A program made the translations under genes and the position numbers. This document shows positions 47,101 to 48,438 of a stretch of 48,438 nucleotides of DNA, one piece after another. The notes beneath the pieces were generated by a model. That model was given only the letters and a program-made list of their open reading frames with translations, was not told where the DNA came from and ran no database searches. The DNA is from an uncultured bacterium (lineage in GTDB: Bacteria; Patescibacteriota; Minisyncoccia; Phycocordibacterales; PALSA-1337): NCBI GenBank assembly GCA_903864905.1, contig CAIPHR010000073.1, positions 1 through 48,438 of the forward strand, written 5' to 3'. Position 1 is the stretch's first letter; the number at the start of each line of letters is the position of its first letter.

Positions 47101-48438
47101 ATGGATATAATATCTACATTTCTCTCTATAGTTGCACTTATCACGGCTGGTCTTAGCCTGTTTATTGTTCGAGGCGAATATAGAGATTCAAATAAAGTGT
47201 TTTCTCTGTTTATTTTATCTATTAGTTTGTGGGCTTTCGGACTTCTTATGTTTAGGGTATCATCATCATTAACTACTGCTCTAAATTATACACGTTTCTT
47301 TTATGTGATGGCTGCAGCAATTCCAGCTTTTTTTCTACATTTTTCATACTTATTTCCTATCAAAATTAAAATTCCACGATGGAAGAGTGTATTAATTTAT
47401 GTACCATTATTTATTGTCACACTGGGTTTAATAATTAATGAAAATTTTATTTTGGATAAAATTTATCTTGCTGATGACAGTGTAAAGTTGGTTATTGTAA
47501 ATCTTTTTAACTATGTTATATATACTGCCTATTTTGTATCATATTTAATATTTTCTTATATAAATTTATTGAAGTCATTTTTCAGAAGTACTGACCAGAC
47601 TGAAAGGATACAATTGTGGTTTATATTTATTGGTACATTTGTCCCTTATTTGTGTGCAATGTACTTTGATTTATTCCTTCCAATTGTTAATTATCGTTAT
47701 GTGTGGGCTGGACCATTTTTTTCGTTCGTAGTGGTATGGGTTTTATTATATGCAGTCTATAAGCATCATTTGCTAAATGCAAGAGCTATTGCTGCTGAAT
47801 TAATGATTGTGACTCTATGGATATTTATTTTGTTTAGAGCATTACTTGCCGAATCAAATAGTGAATTAATAATTAATTTAATATTACTGTTGTCTACAAT
47901 AATAGGAGGAATATTTTTAATCCGCAGTGTTAATAAACAAATTGCCCAACACGAACGCATCCAACTCCTCGCCACCGACCTCCAATCCGCGAATGACGCC
48001 CAAGTCAACTTGATCCACATCATGAATCACCAGATCAAGGGGAGGTTCTCGGATGCCAGGAGCGCATTTGCCATGCTACTAGAAGGCGAATATGGAACCA
48101 TACCCGATACAGCCAAAGTCATCTTGAAACAAGGCTTGGAACAGACAGAAGTAGGTGTAGACTATGTGCAGGGTATATTGAAAGGCCTCTCTGCTACCAA
48201 CGGTACTCTGCCTTATGAGATGAAGGAACTCGACCTGAAGGCACTTGTAAAGCGTGTCGCCGACAAACTAGCCCCGAAAGCCGCAGAAAAGAAGCTCAAA
48301 TACGAAGTAAACCTAGCCAACGGCGACTATATGATAACTGGTGACGAAACACAGCTCGGTGAGGCGATCGGTAACCTCATCAACAATTCGATAGCGTACA
48401 CTCCTACTGGCAGTATCCATGTCTGGTTGACCAAGAAA
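47101..48438 (+). CDS. Second multi-TM sensor histidine kinase (runs off the window; absent from the ORF track)
   Basis: ATG 47101 MDIISTFLS...; multi-TM; IMNHQIKG H-box; GNLINNSIAYTPTG N-box. Confidence 0.88.
   Translation, partial: MDIISTFLSIVALITAGLSLFIVRGEYRDSNKVFSLFILSISLWAFGLLMFRVSSSLTTALNYTRFFYVMAAAIPAFFLHFSYLFPIKIKIPRWKSVLIYVPLFIVTLGLIINENFILDKIYLADDSVKLVIVNLFNYVIYTAYFVSYLIFSYINLLKSFFRSTDQTERIQLWFIFIGTFVPYLCAMYFDLFLPIVNYRYVWAGPFFSFVVVWVLLYAVYKHHLLNARAIAAELMIVTLWIFILFRALLAESNSELIINLILLLSTIIGGIFLIRSVNKQIAQHERIQLLATDLQSANDAQVNLIHIMNHQIKGRFSDARSAFAMLLEGEYGTIPDTAKVILKQGLEQTEVGVDYVQGILKGLSATNGTLPYEMKELDLKALVKRVADKLAPKAAEKKLKYEVNLANGDYMITGDETQLGEAIGNLINNSIAYTPTGSIHVWLTKK

Overview
AT-rich chromosomal window that looks like a Patescibacteria/CPR (Parcubacteria-type) genome. 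This is inferred from the protein families, leaderless promoters and tRNA-adjacent repeats, not from a marker search. From left to right it holds: gatA; a 2481-aa repetitive surface fibre with a peptidase-S74-like chaperone motif; a ~9.4-kb defence island at the 3' end of tRNA-fMet (Type III R-M with KTSC and NYN genes inserted, DUF2726, PrsW, truncated FtsK); five tRNAs; a ~6.7-kb tandem array of integrase-less cassettes at tRNA-Asp, separated by repeated att-like/promoter units; an attenuator-controlled MFS gene divergent from an ABC exporter; an AlwI/BstNBI-family R-M pair; and two 7TM histidine kinases flanking a methyltransferase. The standout is a minimal RiPP locus: one putative RRE-dehydrogenase-YcaO fusion, an unannotated 44-aa microcin-B17-like Gly/Ser/Cys precursor (43495-43629) and a HEXXH protease, bracketed by duplicated histidine-kinase 3' ends. 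Two orphan RNase genes (NYN, PemK/MazF) each have a predicted convergent structured small RNA.
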